Positions 58,962 through 60,000 of a stretch of 60,000 nucleotides of DNA are shown here, piece by piece; the first letter of the stretch is position 1, and each line of letters opens with the position of its first letter. The notes beneath the pieces were generated by a model that was not told where the DNA came from, made no database searches, and worked only from the letters and a program-made list of their open reading frames with translations. This DNA comes from Malacoraja senta (Eukaryota): the NCBI GenBank assembly GCA_038087875.1, contig CM075993.1, positions 4,714,001-4,774,000 on the forward strand, in the 5' to 3' direction. The translations under genes were made by a program, and so were the position numbers.

Positions 58962-59283
58962 GATTGGATTTATATAGCGCCTTTCTAATACCCAAGGCGC
59001 TTTACATCGCATTATTCATTCACTCCTCAGTCACACTCGGTGGTGGTGAGCTACTTCTGTAGCCACAGCTGCCCTGGGACAGACTGACGGAAGCGTGGCT
59101 GCTAATCTGCGCCTACGGCCCCTCCGACCACCACCAATCACTCACACACATTCACACGCAGGCAAAGGTGGGTGAAGTGTCTTGCCCAAGGACACAACGA
59201 CAGTATGCACTCCAAGCGGGATTCGAACCGGCTACCTTCCGGTTGCCAGCCGAACACTTAGCCCATTGCGCCATCTGTCGTCC
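58932..59283 (-). mobile_element. Full-length tRNA-derived CORE-SINE with L2-type 3' tail and (ATT)n
   Basis: Minus strand: A box tggcgcaatggg, B box ggttcgaatccc, CORE gtgtccttgggcaagacacttcaccc, tail tgtaaagcgccttgggt..aaaggcgctatataaat; TSD TGATA. Confidence 0.85.
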
Positions 59284-59319
59284 TGATACAAACAATCTTT
59301 TTCATGAGGCAAAAACCTT

Positions 59320-59628
59320 GGGTGGCACAGCCGTGCAGCGACAGAGTTGCTGCCTAACAGCCCCGGAGACCAGAGTTCGATCCTGACTATGGTTTCTCTT
59401 TATATGAAGTTTGCACATTCTCCCCGTGGACACGTGGGTTTTCTCCGAGATCTTCCGTTTCCTCCCACACTCCAAAGGCTCACAGGTTTGAAGGTTAATT
59501 GGCTGCGTATAAATGTCAATTGTCCCTCAAGTGTGGAAGATAGTGTTAATGTGCGGGGACCACTGGTCGGTGTAGACTTGGTGGGCCGAAGGGCCCAATT
59601 CTGCACTGTATCTCCAAACTAAACTAAA
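59320..59628 (+). mobile_element. V-SINE
   Basis: Same head, V domain and tail layout. Confidence 0.84.
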
Positions 59629-60000
59629 CCAACTGCTACTCAATAATTAGATTCTCAGTTCCACATTACCGTCTACTTGCGGTATCCTTTTACTTCTTGT
59701 TTATCAATTATCCATTCACCACTACTATTAAAATATTTAGACTCTGCTTTCACTGCTCTTTAAGATAGAGAGTTCCAAAGACTCACTACCACAAAAAAAC
59801 AATTTTGCCTCATCTCGGAATTAAAACTATTTACTATTAAAACAGTGATTGCACATCACAGATTCTCCACAGGAACAAAACATCCTCTCCACAGTCACCC
59901 TGTCAATACATTATTGGATCTCACAATTATAATAAGACACCCATGACTCTTCTAAATGTCACTGGATTCAAGTATATTCTTTCAAACTTACTTCATATTT

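Noticed and set aside
51501..60000. Upstream SCAPER exons or promoter
   Set aside because: No RYWAFLFDNLRRAVDE-coding segment and no CpG island were found.
1..60000. CRISPR array or prokaryotic RT/defence system
   Set aside because: The sequence is eukaryotic intronic DNA. The repeats are dispersed retroposons, not regularly spaced, and the RT is CR1-type.

Overview
Vertebrate genomic DNA. The repeat content (V-SINE/HE1-like, CR1, Penelope) suggests a cartilaginous fish such as a skate or ray; this is inferred. The window appears to lie entirely inside one minus-strand gene, SCAPER. I traced 15 coding exons (51500 down to 9389) with GT-AG boundaries and consistent phases, totalling 2136 nt = 712 codons. 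They run from EVLMMLDNYVRDF through the RxL motif and the coiled coil to the C2H2 zinc finger. The 5' and 3' exons were not found and probably lie outside the window. The introns hold a near-full-length but disabled CR1 LINE (SGNH-esterase ORF1 + APE/RT ORF2), many short Penelope-derived insertions with hammerhead-like cores, V-SINEs, one CORE-SINE, Harbinger-type MITEs, a solo LTR and other LINE fragments. Most of the supplied ORFs are spurious repeat translations. The most interesting signals are: (1) an in-phase T_TTA_AAC slippery heptamer plus a TAATG stop-start overlap at the CR1 ORF1/ORF2 junction, suggesting -1 frameshifting; (2) fold-back Penelope mini-elements with 12-16 bp TSDs that invert at the hammerhead core; (3) repeat-free intronic blocks that may be ISL2 enhancers.
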